From assembly GCA_043799675.1 (NCBI GenBank), contig JAZDNN010000013.1, forward strand, positions 1 to 14,045: 14,045 bases of DNA, written 5' to 3'. How positions within the stretch are numbered: the first letter of the stretch is position 1; every line of letters starts with the position of its first letter. Shown here piece after piece: positions 13,147-14,045 of the stretch. This stretch comes from Candidatus Aenigmatarchaeota archaeon (GTDB lineage: Archaea > Aenigmatarchaeota > Aenigmatarchaeia > Aenigmatarchaeales > JACQIB01). The translations under genes were made by a program, and so were the position numbers. A model generated the notes under the pieces. The model was not told the DNA's origin. It made no database searches and saw nothing but the letters and a program-made list of their open reading frames with translations.

Positions 13147-14045
13147 GTGAAGGCACCGGAAAGGTCAGGAATGTTCTGGGACGTGTTTGACGTGATTTAT
13201 CAGGGCAGCGGAAGCGGCCTGTCCCCGACCTTCGACATATCCCATATCTCCTTCACCGGACACCTGCACAGGGACAGGTTCCGTGAGCTCTGGGACCGCA
13301 TCAACCGCGGCAATTTCGACCCGCGCCTTTTCGAGGAAGCCCGCACGCAACTGACGAAGATGACCGAAGCGTATGAAAGCGACCCGAAATTGGGCATGGT
13401 CGCCCGCGGGATGAGAAAATTCTACGGTGCGCAGCTTGGCTGGATGGAAGCCCGTCTTCCGCGCGACGATGCAATGCTTGAAAATATAAGAAAACGTTCC
13501 GAGACGGAGCTGTACGGCTGGAAGCGCCGCAACGAACTCAGGATTGACGATTATGTTCCCGACATCATGGGCGGCCTGCCGCCTGACGCGACCGACCCGT
13601 GGGCGGAAGCTTACAAGAAACTTATGGAAGATTCATCGGAAGAGACTGCCAATGCGGTCGCCCCGGGCGTCCTTGACCCCGGCGCCTGTGCCGGACTCGA
13701 TGTTGCCAACGGCGATTTCATGGAATGCGTCGGACAGGTGGCCGGCAATGCGTTCGTTGTCCCGGAAGCCAATCCCATCACCGATGCGGCCGTCGAGGCC
13801 ACCAAACCCAGCGACTACCCGCCCTTGTCTTCGGCGCACATTGACCAGGTCTATGACACTGTGGCAGGCAGGCATTCCGAGCTTTTGCCCGCCCAGCCGT
13901 ACGTCGACGCAACCATGGGAGGCGACAGGGCAATCCGCAGCGCAACCAACGCCGGAAAAGCAGCCAAGGACGGTGATTGGTGGGATGCAATCGGCAGTTT
14001 TTTCGACGGGTTCGGCAAGTGGATATCGCTCGGAATCGGCGGCCT
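13147..14045 (+). CDS. Hypothetical protein, 3' end outside the window (about 299 codons visible)
   Basis: Frame is open from GTG 13147 (alternative ATG 13171) to the window end: MKAPERSGMFWDVFDVIYQGSGSGLSPTFDISHISF...DWWDAIGSFFDGFGKWISLGIGG. TATA at the expected spacing. Absent from the ORF track, presumably because no stop falls in the window. Confidence 0.75.
   Translation, partial: MKAPERSGMFWDVFDVIYQGSGSGLSPTFDISHISFTGHLHRDRFRELWDRINRGNFDPRLFEEARTQLTKMTEAYESDPKLGMVARGMRKFYGAQLGWMEARLPRDDAMLENIRKRSETELYGWKRRNELRIDDYVPDIMGGLPPDATDPWAEAYKKLMEDSSEETANAVAPGVLDPGACAGLDVANGDFMECVGQVAGNAFVVPEANPITDAAVEATKPSDYPPLSSAHIDQVYDTVAGRHSELLPAQPYVDATMGGDRAIRSATNAGKAAKDGDWWDAIGSFFDGFGKWISLGIGG

Overview
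Archaeal DNA, GC-rich by eye and probably from a DPANN-like lineage (inferred from gene content, TATA-driven leaderless starts and GGTG/GAGG Shine-Dalgarno use). Most genes are on the minus strand. About 10.4 kb (2670-13089) is a type IV pilus-like locus: a 707-aa double T2SS-F (TadB/TadC-like) membrane platform followed by 15 tightly coupled genes for proteins with an N-terminal hydrophobic helix. Eleven of these have a short class III-like leader, seven are under 65 aa, and two are large Cys-rich putative adhesins. Downstream lie a membrane protein, a separately promoted pilin, Alba, a VIT1/CCC1 transporter and two paralogous secreted proteins. The main finding is that the alba gene is split by a 31-nt insert (1594-1624) that folds into a bulge-helix-bulge (BHB) motif. 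Cutting at the canonical tRNA-endonuclease positions restores both the reading frame and the conserved GKKP motif, which makes it a candidate mRNA intron in an archaeal chromatin gene. Also noted: a single base (85) that appears to remove a coupled stop/start, a cold-shock-protein remnant, and a four-way-junction element after alba.
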